A DNA stretch of 64,000 nucleotides from Parvibaculaceae bacterium (GCA_041688015.1 JBDNIY010000003.1:31545-95544); one strand, 5' to 3'. Counted from the first letter of the stretch, positions 29,749 to 42,201 are shown. The notes: generated by a model from the sequence alone, not told the origin. Program-made: numbers and translations.

Positions 29749-31005
29749 ATGCCGAATAAAAAGCTGATCGAAAAAACCAGCAAACGACGCGGGCCCAGCA
29801 TTCTCTTGCTGACGGCGGTGGTCATCGCTTGCCTTTATGGCGGCATCGTCGGCTGGCTCGCCTTGGTCGATGGTACCAACGCCGGTAAGCCAGTGGTGGC
29901 ACTGTCGCTGCCGCCAGAGGCAGCGCCGCCACCTGTCGACCGGCGTACTGACACGACCGGCCCCGATGCCACAAACACCGCGTCGGGCGCAGAGAGCGCC
30001 ACACCCGGCGCGACGCCCCTGTCAGGCGATGCCGCCGACATTGGTCATCTGAGCCCCGCCGAACAATCGCTGCTGGATGCCGCCCGCAATCTGCACGCAG
30101 ACAGCGACAACGGCACCGGCACCGGCGAAGTCAAAATCATTGGCGCCGAAGCCGTGTCAGACGCAGACGGCAACGTCAACAGCACAGACCTCAAGCCCGT
30201 GCCCCCTTTAAAGCCCGTGCCCGATCCCGCCCTTGTCGCCAACAGCCCACAAGGACCGCTTCCCATCGTCGCAAAGGATGGCCGCAAGGCTTGGCAAGTC
30301 TATGCCCGCCCCTTGCCCAGCGGCTTGGCCGAGGGGCCACGTGTCGCTATCGTCGTGTCGGGTCTAGGCATTTCAGAAAGCGCCACCGCCTACGCCATCA
30401 AAACCCTGCCGCCTGAAGTCACGCTCTCGTTTGCCCCCTATGGCGCAAACCTGCAAAGCTGGATTTCTCAGGCGCGCGCGGCAGGCCACGAGGTCTTGCT
30501 TGAACTGCCGATGGAGCCGTTTGGCTACCCGCAAAACGATCCCGGTCCCTACACGTTGCTAACATCGATCAAACCAACTGAAAATATTACGCGTCTCAAT
30601 TGGCTGCTCAGCCGCTTCACTGGCTATGTCGGTGTCATGAACTATCAAGGCGCGCGCTTCACCAGCGAACAAGCCGCCTTGTCGCCGGTGCTCTCGGCGC
30701 TGAAATCGCGCGGCCTGATGTTTGTCGATAACGGCACGTCGAACCGCAGCGCCATCCCCAAAATAAGTGCCGACATCGGCCTGCCCGTCAGCGTCGGCAC
30801 ACGCAGCATCGACCCAGCGCGCACATCGACCATTCTCAATCAATCATTTGCCGCGCTTGAGGCAACCGCAAATGATGCAAGCCCCGCCATCGGTATCGCT
30901 TCAGGTTTCCCGGTCACGGTGGACGCCATTGCTGATTGGGCCAAGACGCTTGCCGCCAAAGGCATCACTCTGGTTCCGGTCAGCGCCACAGCCAAAACCG
31001 AGTAG
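29749..31005 (+). CDS. divergent polysaccharide deacetylase family protein (YibQ-like)
   Basis: N-terminal TM helix, a low-complexity linker, then the YibQ-type domain (VAIVVSGLGIS...LSFAPYG...LLELPMEP). Confidence 0.8.
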   Translation: MPNKKLIEKTSKRRGPSILLLTAVVIACLYGGIVGWLALVDGTNAGKPVVALSLPPEAAPPPVDRRTDTTGPDATNTASGAESATPGATPLSGDAADIGHLSPAEQSLLDAARNLHADSDNGTGTGEVKIIGAEAVSDADGNVNSTDLKPVPPLKPVPDPALVANSPQGPLPIVAKDGRKAWQVYARPLPSGLAEGPRVAIVVSGLGISESATAYAIKTLPPEVTLSFAPYGANLQSWISQARAAGHEVLLELPMEPFGYPQNDPGPYTLLTSIKPTENITRLNWLLSRFTGYVGVMNYQGARFTSEQAALSPVLSALKSRGLMFVDNGTSNRSAIPKISADIGLPVSVGTRSIDPARTSTILNQSFAALEATANDASPAIGIASGFPVTVDAIADWAKTLAAKGITLVPVSATAKTE

Positions 31006-31009
31006 GCCC

Positions 31010-31552
31010 ATGCCGAAGAAAATCCAAAACCCACCCCCTGCCAATGGCTTGGTCGATCCCGAAACGCTGCCCTATCGCCCCTGTGTTGGCATCGCCTTGA
31101 TCAACGCTCACGGACGGGTCTTTGTCGGCAATCGTATTCAGAGCGTCGACATCGAGCCACTCACCTGGCAATTGCCGCAAGGCGGCATCGACAACGGCGA
31201 AGACGCCCGCACAGCCGCCTTGCGTGAGCTTCACGAAGAAACGGGCGTGGTCGACGCAAAGGTCGAGATCATCGGCACGATTGACGATTGGCTGACCTAT
31301 GACCTGCCCCCCGATCTGGTCGGCCGTGCCCTCAAGGGCAAATATCGCGGCCAGAAGCAACGCTGGTTTGCCATGCGGTTTTTGGGCGAGGATACCGACA
31401 TCGACCTTGCCGCCGATGCGCATCAGGAATTCAGCGAATGGGATTGGGTGCCGATCCGGCGGATCGTCGATCTCGTCGTCCCCTTCAAGCGGCGCATCTA
31501 CGAACGGATCGTTGATGCCTTTGAACCACTCACGTTGGCGACAAAAAAATAA
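31010..31552 (+). CDS. rppH: RNA pyrophosphohydrolase (NUDIX)
   Basis: The frame is trimmed to MPKKIQNPP. The Nudix box is GGIDNGEDARTAALRELHEETGV. Confidence 0.88.
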   Translation: MPKKIQNPPPANGLVDPETLPYRPCVGIALINAHGRVFVGNRIQSVDIEPLTWQLPQGGIDNGEDARTAALRELHEETGVVDAKVEIIGTIDDWLTYDLPPDLVGRALKGKYRGQKQRWFAMRFLGEDTDIDLAADAHQEFSEWDWVPIRRIVDLVVPFKRRIYERIVDAFEPLTLATKK

Positions 31553-31775
31553 CCATCCTTGGACTGACAAATAGTCGACCCCTTCGAGATTCTGGTAACA
31601 AATAGATTTGAGCCAGGTCCGACGCCATCATTCAGGTCTTGTTCATTATCCTTATGAGAAAAGGCGATGAACAACCGATGCATATTCTTCTGCGCGACCG
31701 AACCTCCCATTTGGTCATAGGATGCCCATCCGCACAGGCGTATGCTCTTTTTATAGGTATTAGTGTGATAATGAC

Positions 31776-32444
31776 ATGATCATCCTGCTAGCCGATGACC
31801 ATCCAATCTTTACAGATGCGCTCGAACGTCAATTATTGGCGGCTTACCCTGACGTCATTATTCATTAGGCAGAAGATCTGTTGGCTGCCAAAGATGTCAT
31901 GTCACGCGTCAAGGATCTATCCCTGGCGGTCCTCGATTGGGATATGCCGGGCATGCAAGGCCCAATCAGTATCTAGGCGCTACGCGACGCCCACCCCGAT
32001 CTCAAGATTGTCATCCTGTCAGGCCGCATCGACGATGCGACGGTGCATGAAGTGCTGAGCCTCGACGTCAAGGGCTTCATCCCCAAGTCGTCCCCCGGCA
32101 ATGCCATCGTCTTCGCGCTCTCCCTCATCCTTAATGGCGGCACCTATATCCCGGTCGAAACCGCACTCTCGCAAGGGCGCGCCGTTGAGACGCCGACACA
32201 AAACAAAACCAACGCGGTAGATCGCCCGGCCAAGGCGCTGACGGCACGTGAGGTTGAAATTTTAAAGCTGCTGGCCAGCGGCGATTCCAACAAGGAAATT
32301 GCGCGCCATCTCGGTGTTCAAGAAATCACCATCAAGATGCACGCAAGCCGCATCTTCTCAAAACTTCAGGTCCGCAATCGAGTCCAGGCCGTTTCACACG
32401 CCTTGAAGACGGGCTTGTTGGGCAAAGAGCATCTTGTTCCCTAA
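31776..32444 (+). pseudogene. NarL/FixJ-type response regulator interrupted by two in-frame TAG codons
   Basis: The single frame reads MIILLADDHP...IIH*AEDL...LAVLDWDMPGMQGPISI*ALRDAHPDLKIVILSG...KGFIPK...LTAREVEILKLLASGDSNKEIA (LuxR HTH). The TAG codons are at 31866-31868 and 31974-31976. Confidence 0.8.
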
Positions 32445-32465
32445 CCTGCCGAAGCCATCAGCGGC

Positions 32466-33661
32466 TCAAATATTTGGGATAAGATAGTTGACGATATCGG
32501 CAGGCGTCGTATAGCCCGTCAGCGCCAACATCGCCAGTTCTGACAATATATTCGCCGCCGCCTCATCGACCGCCATCGAGCGGAGCGGCCCCACCATCAT
32601 CACCAGATCGACATGAGCCCGGCGCGCGATCACGGCCTGCAATCTGGCAGCCGCCTCGGCCTCCAGCGATTTGAGCGGCACACGGATGACAACAATACGA
32701 TGCCCGCGTCCGGCCTCCGTTAATAGCGCGGCAGCCTCTGCCACCGAGCCTACCTGCTTCACCGGCCAATCCAGCAAGCTCAGCAACGACGCCGTCACCG
32801 CCCCCCATTGGGCAGCGGGATCAACGACAATAACCTGCGAGGCATTTTCATCACGCGCGCCCGCTTCTGCCGTACCGCCTAAATCTACATGCATCGGCAG
32901 GTAAGCGATCATGCAAGTGTCGACGTCGCATCCGATGGCCATCGCGCCGCCGCGCCACTCGACAATGGCACTGGCAAAGGCAAGCCCCAAGTCCAAGGCA
33001 GATGTGCGGCGCGACTGCGACACAAATGGCTGGAAGACCAACGCCGCGCTCTGGCGCAAAGTATCAGAAAAGCCATGCCCATTGTCACGCACACGCAGCG
33101 CCAGCGTATGCTCCTTGGCAGCGCGCCGCGGACAAAATTCTGCCGCCCCGCATCGGCAGCAATCTCATCGCCAGGCAAAACATCAATCGAAACGCGAATA
33201 GCAGGCCGCGCGCCATTGGCCATATCTGCTGCGTCCACCGCATTGCGCAGCAGGATAAAAATCAACGTCGCGAATTCGCTTTTTGTCATCGCAATGGGCG
33301 TCATCACGATTGGCATCTTTGCCAACGATGGTAACAACTGAAATTCAATCCGCTGCCCAATCAGATAACGGCTCAACGCCTGCAGCCGTGCCATCGCATC
33401 GTCTACATGCAGCATTGGCACATCGAAGCGTTCCAGCAACGGCAAGAGCGCTTGATTGACAACGATCTGCAACAGTTGCCCCGCCGCCGCGATCCGCGTC
33501 GCAATGCGGCCGACCTGTTCAGGGTCATCTGCAACCGTGGGCAACACTTCCGACAGGCCGAGAATGGCACCGATATAATTATTGGCATCATGTGCAAGAC
33601 GTTTGGCATAGGCGACAACGCCGTCAAAGTCTCGGTCTTACTGCGCATCTTCAGCAGTCAT
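32466..33661 (-). pseudogene. histidine kinase with C-terminal receiver-like domain, disrupted (TAA plus frameshift)
   Basis: The minus-strand frame reads MTAEDAQ, then TAA (33640-33638), then DRDFDGVVAYAKRLAHDANNYIGAILG (H-box). The frame is lost near 33115-33135, and the HATPase G-box region (LALRVRDNGHGF) continues in the frame of ORF 32466-33092. Confidence 0.7.
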
Positions 33662-33910
33662 GTCAGTTTCATCCGTATCAAGATGGGCTGATTTTCCAGT
33701 CAGTATTCCTGCCGATTGATCGCTTGCCTAGTTTCAGCCAACGGCTCTCCATCCTGCGATGGGAACCAATATTTTGTGAGATAATGGTATGACCTTCTGC
33801 TTGAAGGCAAAATCAGCATAGGCCCTGCCCACGCGACAGAAAATAGACATCGAGGCTGGGGCTCATGGCACGAAGGCCAAAGCTCAGAGCGCGTATTTCG
33901 AAATTGGCAG

Positions 33911-34744
33911 CTAAATAGAAACGGCCGACAGGCGCCACACCCTGAACCGCCAAAAAGCCCAGACGCCCGACGACATCACACGCAACAAAAATCCATGCGG
34001 TTTCAAACCGATCACCTTACCGACCATTGCCACAAGACGATCTGTATGCTGACGGCGGTAGAGCGACAGGGCGCGCTTTTCATAGGCCTTGGCAAACAAC
34101 GCCCGATCATAACGCACCGTGTCATCGCTCGGTGTATTGGCCGCGTAATAGGCATAGGACAATTCATCATCGTCAGCTTCCGACACACGCCCGATGGCAA
34201 TGCGCGCCCGCTCCAACCGGCCCGGCAAGATTTCCTGCAAGGCTTTGAATTGCTCGTAGAAAAGTTTGTAATGGCGGAATTCGTCTGCCGCGATATTGGC
34301 CGCAATCTGTTTCAGCACCGGCTCGCTTGAAGCGTCTTTGATCGCCGCATAATAAGACGACGTGCCGCTTTCCACCACGCAACGTGCGACCAACTCGCCC
34401 GCGCGACTGCCGCGTACCGATTGCAGCTCATCAAGCGGGATCGAGTAGCCAGCGCGAAAACGCTGAAACGCCTCGTCAAAATTAAACGTCGGATCAGCCA
34501 GTTCTGCCCAGCGCGCCAGCGCGCGGCCATGCTGAGATTCTTCCTCGCCCCACTGATGCAAAAGCGCTTTCACATCAGGCCGGTCAGAAAACACATTACA
34601 CAGATAAGTCACATAATCGGGCGCGTTGAACTCGACCATCGCCGCCGCTTTCACCGCACATAAAATGTCGGCATCGACTTTCGTGGCGTCAAAATCATCC
34701 CAGTGAATATCGTCAAGCGTCCAATGTGGCTTCATGGTTTCCAT
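33911..34744 (-). CDS. ferritin-like di-iron carboxylate protein
   Basis: 277 aa with two E-x-x-H motifs (EEESQHG and ADEFRHY) spaced as in ferritin-like/desaturase-type di-iron proteins. Confidence 0.65.
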   Translation of the reverse strand: METMKPHWTLDDIHWDDFDATKVDADILCAVKAAAMVEFNAPDYVTYLCNVFSDRPDVKALLHQWGEEESQHGRALARWAELADPTFNFDEAFQRFRAGYSIPLDELQSVRGSRAGELVARCVVESGTSSYYAAIKDASSEPVLKQIAANIAADEFRHYKLFYEQFKALQEILPGRLERARIAIGRVSEADDDELSYAYYAANTPSDDTVRYDRALFAKAYEKRALSLYRRQHTDRLVAMVGKVIGLKPHGFLLRVMSSGVWAFWRFRVWRLSAVSI

Positions 34745-34887
34745 CTCGCCCGGTCCCGATGGGCATGGCCTTCGTTTTGTATGTCACAAACCTTAACTCA
34801 ATATAGGCATCGCCGAACCGCGCCATATAGGCACAATGCATTAAATATGTGCAACTCTGGCAATACTCCCGCTTTGTTAGCCAATAA

Positions 34888-34918
34888 AAGAGGCGGCACC
34901 TTGACGGTACCACCTCTT
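34888..34918 (-). terminator. candidate terminator downstream of atpC
   Basis: On the minus strand, AAGAGGTGG pairs with CCGCCTCTT (one G-U pair), followed by TTATTGG. Weak T-tract. Confidence 0.4.
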
Positions 34919-34959
34919 ATAGTCCGTCAACGCTTGCCCCCATCAAGGGGCCGCATGCC

Positions 34960-35358
34960 TCAAAGAACTTGGCGCAACTGCTTTAGATGATCGAGCGTCT
35001 CCTGCGCAATCCGGCGACTTTCGTCAGATTTAGCGTCGTTCACATCTTCCTGCGCATTGGAAATTTCCTGATCGAGCTTGGCATCATCTAATTCCGCCAG
35101 CGGAACCGCATTCTCGGCGAGGATCGTCAGCCCCTTAGGCGTCACTTCGGCAAAACCGCCGCGCACAAAAATCCGCACCTGCGGCTTGCCCGCATCGTCA
35201 ACATTGATCACGCCGGGGCGCAACGTTGTCATCACAGGCGCATGGCCTGCCAACACGCCAAAGTCGCCTTCCTTGCCGGGCACCGTCACCATATCGACAG
35301 CTTCCGACAGAAGCAGGCGCTCCGGTGAGACGAGTTCAAATTGCAGCTTGTCAGCCAT
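34960..35358 (-). CDS. atpC: F0F1 ATP synthase subunit epsilon
   Basis: 132 aa starting MADKLQFELVSPERLL, last gene of the atp cluster. Confidence 0.93.
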   Translation of the reverse strand: MADKLQFELVSPERLLLSEAVDMVTVPGKEGDFGVLAGHAPVMTTLRPGVINVDDAGKPQVRIFVRGGFAEVTPKGLTILAENAVPLAELDDAKLDQEISNAQEDVNDAKSDESRRIAQETLDHLKQLRQVL

Positions 35359-35378
35359 AAAACCTTACCCGAGTTTCT

Positions 35379-36839
<1,461 letters not shown>

Positions 36840-36869
36840 TCAGGGGCCCCATCAAGGGCAATAGTAGTT

Positions 36870-37757
36870 TTACAGGGCTTCAGCGCCCGAAATAATTTCG
36901 ATCAATTCCTTAGTGATCATCGCCTGCCGCGAACGGTTATAGGTGATGTTCAGCTTCTTGATCATGTCGCCCGCATTGCGCGTAGCGTTATCCATCGCCG
37001 ACATTTTGGCACCGAACTCACCGGCGACATTTTCCAACAGCGCCTTGAAGATCTGCACCGACAGATTGCGCGGCAGCAGGTCTTTCAGGATTTCTTCTTC
37101 GTCGGGCTCATAGTCGTAAACGGCCCCGTTAAGATCGACAGCCGCTTCTTGATCGGCGGTCGGCACAGGGGCCGGGATCAATTGCTGCGCTGTCGGGATC
37201 TGCGTCACGACATTGACGAACTTTGAGAAAAAGATCGTCGCCACATCAAATTCGCCCGCCTCGAAAGCCGACAGCACATAGCTCGAAATATCTTCAGCCT
37301 GTGCAAAACCAACCTGTCGGATGGCGGTGAATTCATAAGACTTAACAAATTTTTCACCAAACAAACGCTTCAGCGCATCGCGCCCTTTGCGCCCGACAGT
37401 GACGATCTTCACCGTCTTGCCTTCGCGGATGAGCTTGTAGATATGCTCACGCGCCAAACGCGAAATCGACGAGTTGAAACCGCCGCAAAGCCCACGATCC
37501 GCCGTCGCCACAATCACCAGATGCGTCTGGTCATTGCCGGTCCCCGCCAACAGTTCAGGCGCGCCCGCACGCCCCGCCATGCCGCTGGCAAGATTGGCCA
37601 TCACGCTGTCCATGCGCGTTGCATAGGGCCGCGCCGCTTCAGCCGCTTCTTGCGCACGACGCAGTTTTGCCGCCGCCACCATCTGCATGGCTTTGGTGAT
37701 TTTCTGCGTCGACTTTACGCTTGTGATGCGGTTTCTAAGGTCTTTTAGGCTCGCCAT
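36870..37757 (-). CDS. atpG: F0F1 ATP synthase subunit gamma
   Basis: [36 protein letters not shown], the canonical gamma N-terminus. Confidence 0.96.
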   Translation of the reverse strand: MASLKDLRNRITSVKSTQKITKAMQMVAAAKLRRAQEAAEAARPYATRMDSVMANLASGMAGRAGAPELLAGTGNDQTHLVIVATADRGLCGGFNSSISRLAREHIYKLIREGKTVKIVTVGRKGRDALKRLFGEKFVKSYEFTAIRQVGFAQAEDISSYVLSAFEAGEFDVATIFFSKFVNVVTQIPTAQQLIPAPVPTADQEAAVDLNGAVYDYEPDEEEILKDLLPRNLSVQIFKALLENVAGEFGAKMSAMDNATRNAGDMIKKLNITYNRSRQAMITKELIEIISGAEAL

Positions 37758-37799
37758 TCGCTGCTACCTGATCTCGTTTGTTTCAGCTTACGGTGATAT

Positions 37800-39329
37800 T
37801 CAAGCAAACGCTTTGGTGAAGCTCTCGGCAGCCGCCTTGAGCTTGGCTTCCGTCGTTTCCGACAAAGCCTTCTCGGTACGGATTGCATCGAGAATGTCAC
37901 CATGATTGGAACGCACCGACCGCAGGAACTCGTTCTCATAGCGCCCGACATCAGAGACAGGCAGCTTGTCGAGATAGCCGTTCACACCGGCATAAATCAC
38001 AACGACCTGCTCTTCGATCTTGAGCGGCGAAAACTGCGCCTGCTTGAGAAGTTCCGTCAGACGCGCACCACGATTGAGCAAACGCTGAGTGGCCGCATCA
38101 AGGTCAGAACCAAACTGCGCAAAGGCCGCCATTTCGCGGTACTGCGCCAGCTCACCCTTAATCTTACCGGCAACCTGCTTCATCGCCTTGATCTGAGCAG
38201 ACGAACCCACGCGGCTCACCGACAGACCGACGTTCACAGCCGGGCGGATGCCCTGATAGAACAGGTCCGTTTCCAAGAAGATCTGACCGTCTGTGATCGA
38301 AATCACGTTGGTCGGAATATAAGCCGATACGTCGTTGGCTTGCGTTTCAATAATCGGCAACGCGGTCAACGACCCCTTGCCGTTATCATCGTTCAGCTTG
38401 GCAGCGCGTTCGAGCAAACGAGAATGGAGATAGAATACGTCACCGGGATAGGCTTCGCGTCCCGGCGGACGACGCAGCAGCAGCGACATCTGGCGGTAGG
38501 CCACCGCCTGCTTGGACAAATCGTCATAAACGACGAGGCCATGCATACCGTTGTCGCGGAAATATTCGCCCATCGTGCAACCGGCAAAGGGAGCCAAGAA
38601 CTGCAACGGTGCAGGCTCAGACGCCGTCGCGGCGACAATGATCGTGTACTGAAGAGCACCGTTTTCTTCCAGCGTCTTGGCAATCTGAGCAACCGTGGAA
38701 CGCTTCTGGCCAATGGCGACATAGATGCAATAAAGCTTGGCACCTTCATCTGTGCCCGCGTTCAGCGACTTCTGGTTCAAGATCGCGTCGATGGCGATGG
38801 CGGTCTTGCCGGTTTGGCGGTCACCAATGATCAGCTCGCGCTGGCCACGTCCAATCGGGATCAACGCGTCGATGGCTTTCAGGCCTGTCTGCATCGGCTC
38901 ATGCACCGATTTACGCGGAATGATGCCCGGCGCTTTGACGTCCACGCGGCGGCGTTCGGCCGCTTCGATCGGGCCTTTGCCGTCGATCGGGTTACCCAGC
39001 GGATCGACAACGCGGCCGAGAAGACCTTTGCCGACCGGCACGTCCACGATGGACCCCGTGCGCTTGACGGTGTCGCCTTCTTTAATGTCACGGTCGTTAC
39101 CGAAAATAACGATACCGACGTTATCGCGTTCAAGGTTCAGCGCCATGCCGCGCACGCCACCGGGAAACTCGACCATTTCGCCCGCTTGGACGTTGTCGAG
39201 CCCGTAAACGCGGGCAATACCGTCACCGACGGAGAGCACTTGGCCGATCTCGGATACCTGCGCCTCAGCGCCGAAACCCTGGATCTGCTGCTTGAGGATT
39301 GCAGAAATTTCTGCAGCCTGAATGTCCAT
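37800..39329 (-). CDS. atpA: F0F1 ATP synthase subunit alpha
   Basis: Walker A GDRQTGKT and 509 aa length. The start overlaps the atpH stop. Confidence 0.97.
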   Translation of the reverse strand: MDIQAAEISAILKQQIQGFGAEAQVSEIGQVLSVGDGIARVYGLDNVQAGEMVEFPGGVRGMALNLERDNVGIVIFGNDRDIKEGDTVKRTGSIVDVPVGKGLLGRVVDPLGNPIDGKGPIEAAERRRVDVKAPGIIPRKSVHEPMQTGLKAIDALIPIGRGQRELIIGDRQTGKTAIAIDAILNQKSLNAGTDEGAKLYCIYVAIGQKRSTVAQIAKTLEENGALQYTIIVAATASEPAPLQFLAPFAGCTMGEYFRDNGMHGLVVYDDLSKQAVAYRQMSLLLRRPPGREAYPGDVFYLHSRLLERAAKLNDDNGKGSLTALPIIETQANDVSAYIPTNVISITDGQIFLETDLFYQGIRPAVNVGLSVSRVGSSAQIKAMKQVAGKIKGELAQYREMAAFAQFGSDLDAATQRLLNRGARLTELLKQAQFSPLKIEEQVVVIYAGVNGYLDKLPVSDVGRYENEFLRSVRSNHGDILDAIRTEKALSETTEAKLKAAAESFTKAFA

Positions 39330-39886
39330 CAGGAGGCCTCTTTCATTGCGAGCTTGAGAGAAGTGAGTTTTGTCTTGAGAGACGAATCGATCATCCGGCT
39401 CCCGACCTTGACGACCAACCCACCAAGGAGCGAGGCGTCAACATTAGCATTAATCTGTACATCGCGGCCCGTCGCCGTCTTGAGAGACGCTTTGAGGCTT
39501 TGAAGCTGCGCATCCGACAGCCGATGAGCCGAAGTCACATCAGCCGACATTTCGCCGCGCTTGACGGCCAGCAGGCCGTTAAAGCCCGTGATCATGTCGG
39601 GCAGAGCAAACAAACGCCGGTTCTGGATCACCAGACCGACGAAATTAGCGGTCAGCCCTTTAATGCCCGCGCGTTCAAGCACAGCCGCAAAAGCGCGCGC
39701 TTGTTCGTCAGCACCAAAAACGGGACTGAGGACGAGGCGACGCAGGTCGTCGCTCTCATTAAGGAGGGCGCTAAGGGTGGCCAAGTCGCCTGCCGTAGCG
39801 TCAAGGCTGTTCGCACCCTCGGCCAGCTCAAAGAGCGCCGTAGCGTAACGACCAGCCATACCTGAAACGTGATGTTCGGATGCCAA
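39329..39886 (-). CDS. atpH: F0F1 ATP synthase subunit delta (OSCP)
   Basis: [15 protein letters not shown] motif. I chose the TTG at 39886 as the start on length grounds; ATG 39859 is the alternative. The ORF-track start at 40030 is unlikely. Confidence 0.85.
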   Translation of the reverse strand: MASEHHVSGMAGRYATALFELAEGANSLDATAGDLATLSALLNESDDLRRLVLSPVFGADEQARAFAAVLERAGIKGLTANFVGLVIQNRRLFALPDMITGFNGLLAVKRGEMSADVTSAHRLSDAQLQSLKASLKTATGRDVQINANVDASLLGGLVVKVGSRMIDSSLKTKLTSLKLAMKEAS

Positions 39887-40168
39887 ATTGAGGCTCGCTT
39901 GAGTTGCCGTGAATATCGCCGCCCCGGTCAAAAACCGGATAAGATAACCATTTGAAATCGTTATCCTATTTTGGCCCCGAAAAGGGTGCAAAACCCAGCA
40001 CCCCCCGAAGCCGCGCGTTAGGTAACACATGGGCTAGGGCAGCGCAACAAGGACGCCTCCAAATCCGCCAAGGTGCGGCATTTTATGGCGGGGGAGTGGA
40101 GGAGCAAAAGCGAAGGGCGCCCCCGACGGGACGCCCCCTTTAGCCTTCATCGGTGAGGGCAATATTGC

Positions 40169-41485
40169 TCAGGCGGCCTCGGCCACGAAATTGGCCGCAT
40201 AGACATTATGGAAGGTCGTGACGATGCGGTACTTATTGTCCACACACCATTGCTCAAACTCTGGAATACGCGTCCGCACCACTTCGATCATGAGAATCGG
40301 CCTGTTCTTGCGGATTGTCTGGCGCGCGCCCTCCAAAACCTCAAATTCCATGCCTTCGACATCGATCTTCATGAAGTCATAGGTCTCGTCAGCAAGCTTT
40401 TCATCCAGCGTGAAAACCTCCAACTCTCCCAACCCCTCCTTCAGACGCGCCGCACCAAGGTTATTATCGCCGGGCAGTTCAATGGCGAATTTGCCATAGG
40501 CCGCCCCCGCCCCAATCCCGATGCCGCGATTATCAATAATGCCATTGAGGCTGTTCGCCTCGATATTCTTGGTCAACAGTTCAATGGCGTCAGGATTCGG
40601 CTCAAAGGGATAGATCTTCCGCGCACCCATATGCTGGGCGTAATAAACGAGGTGATTGCCGATGTTGGCTCCCACCTCGACAATCGACTTGCCCGAACCA
40701 ACAATATTTTTAAGAAACTCAAGCTCCTTGATCTCGAAAAATATGCCGTGGCAATGATGCCGCTGGATGATGTCGAAGGGATTGTTGATCTCGAACTGGG
40801 CGGTCTTTTCGTTAAAGGGAACGTCCGACGAGAAATGATGCGACTTCAGTTTTTCAAGCACGAAGGGTTGGATTATCTTTTCCCACTCTGCGCTGCCCAC
40901 TTGGCCCGGATGCGGCTTTGCAAGGCGGCGCTCAATCGCAAAAATACTTGCGACCTTGGCGCAGGAAAACCGATCCCACATATCAAGCATATATTTGTAT
41001 TCGACGCCCGCGCCGACCGTCGTATCAAAGCCGACCTCAAGCGCACATTGCGTGCGCACGAAATGCGGAAAGCTGATGCCCATTGTCGGCATGCAGCGCA
41101 GCACATCTTCGATCCGATTCATATTCATCGGCTGATGCTGCACCAACGCGACATTCTCCGTGCCGATCTTGTTGAGGCAAATATTGCCCCAAACTGCATC
41201 GAGCGAACCGCGAAAATTTTCAAGATGCTGAAACGCGGAAACATTCATCAGGTCCCCGACACACATCATAAAAAGCCAGTCGCAGTCGCGCTCAGCGGCA
41301 AGTTGGATACCGAGATTATAGCGCTCAGCCACACTCATCGCATCGGTCGTATCCCAAATCGGAATAATTTCGAAAGCATCAAACACACCTTGCCCAAGCG
41401 CCCATGCCGCCTCAATCGCCTGACAGCAGGGATCGAAGTCGCCCGCTTGGCCCGCCCCGATAGGAATGATGACTGCGCATTTCAT
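40169..41485 (-). CDS. fusion protein: N-terminal GT-A/GT2-like glycosyltransferase domain + C-terminal FkbM-family methyltransferase
   Basis: Trimmed to MKCAVIIPIG, a GT2-like beginning. The C-terminal VEVGANIGNH...FMKIDVEGMEFEVLEGA matches the FkbM methyltransferase pattern. GC is low (23/60 at 40681-40740). Confidence 0.75.
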   Translation of the reverse strand: MKCAVIIPIGAGQAGDFDPCCQAIEAAWALGQGVFDAFEIIPIWDTTDAMSVAERYNLGIQLAAERDCDWLFMMCVGDLMNVSAFQHLENFRGSLDAVWGNICLNKIGTENVALVQHQPMNMNRIEDVLRCMPTMGISFPHFVRTQCALEVGFDTTVGAGVEYKYMLDMWDRFSCAKVASIFAIERRLAKPHPGQVGSAEWEKIIQPFVLEKLKSHHFSSDVPFNEKTAQFEINNPFDIIQRHHCHGIFFEIKELEFLKNIVGSGKSIVEVGANIGNHLVYYAQHMGARKIYPFEPNPDAIELLTKNIEANSLNGIIDNRGIGIGAGAAYGKFAIELPGDNNLGAARLKEGLGELEVFTLDEKLADETYDFMKIDVEGMEFEVLEGARQTIRKNRPILMIEVVRTRIPEFEQWCVDNKYRIVTTFHNVYAANFVAEAA

Positions 41486-41520
41486 TTCATGCTCTCCGGC
41501 TGATACTTCTAGTTCGAGAC

Positions 41521-42201
41521 TCAACGCCAATGCTGCTGCACCCAAGGTACTTGGGGCAGCTCATGCGGCTTGGGCCGACCGTGAAAATTGACGACGCGCA
41601 CAGATGACGCCAGCGTCGAGGGCACATTCAACGCCTCAACGCCTGCATCACAGATCTCGAAGCGAAACGACTTCACGGCTGCAGGCACGCCTTCATCAAC
41701 GAAATAAACATCTTTCATCTGTTGCCAAATATAGAGCTGATCGCCGCCCTCCAGATTGAACACATCGGGAATGTCGCGGCAGAACGCGTCATAGATAAAG
41801 CTGAGGTCAGGCGTGCGAAAATAGAGCCATGACGAATTCATCTGCGAGCCCATCCAGCGCAGCGGATCGCGATAGGCGCAAAGCCGCGCCCGCGATTTGC
41901 GGCAGGCCGTCAGTAAGGGGCCAATATCGCCGACCAGAATTTGGTCGATGTCGAGATAAAGCGTTTCGCCCTTAGGCATGATCGGCGAAAACAGAAAAAT
42001 CTTGTTCCACCAGCCCGGCACATCCATCGGCGGTGCCAGCACCGTGATCTCAGGATCGAGCCCCGCGCCGTCTTCGGTGATGCAATAAAGATCAAACGGC
42101 TCGGCCAAATGCCGCTTCAACATCGAATGCATCCGGTTCACATAGTCGGCCGAATAGGCTGTCCCATATTTGACAGTCGCTACATTCAATCTGGATGTCA
42201 T
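41521..42201 (-). CDS. hypothetical protein, possible glycosyltransferase (DxD-like LDID)
   Basis: 226 aa. The N-terminal VATVKYGTAYSADYVNRM and YLDIDQILV resemble small GT-A-type enzymes. Same strand as, and adjacent to, the GT/FkbM gene. The functional call is weak. Confidence 0.5.
   Translation of the reverse strand: MTSRLNVATVKYGTAYSADYVNRMHSMLKRHLAEPFDLYCITEDGAGLDPEITVLAPPMDVPGWWNKIFLFSPIMPKGETLYLDIDQILVGDIGPLLTACRKSRARLCAYRDPLRWMGSQMNSSWLYFRTPDLSFIYDAFCRDIPDVFNLEGGDQLYIWQQMKDVYFVDEGVPAAVKSFRFEICDAGVEALNVPSTLASSVRVVNFHGRPKPHELPQVPWVQQHWR

Noticed and set aside
31498-31710. 70-aa minus-strand ORF between rppH and the response-regulator pseudogene
   Set aside because: It has no motif, overlaps the rppH 3' end, and lies in an AT-rich spacer. 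It is not supportable as a gene.
37902-39503. 533-aa ORF on the plus strand
   Set aside because: It lies antisense to atpA, which is unambiguous, and is an Arg/His-rich shadow ORF. The same reasoning applies to 35463-36290 (antisense to atpD), 40208-41503 (antisense to the GT/FkbM gene), 62068-63102 (antisense to mdh), 26121-26966 (antisense to gpmI), 15770-16606 (antisense to the recombinase) and 14476-15312 (antisense to higBA).
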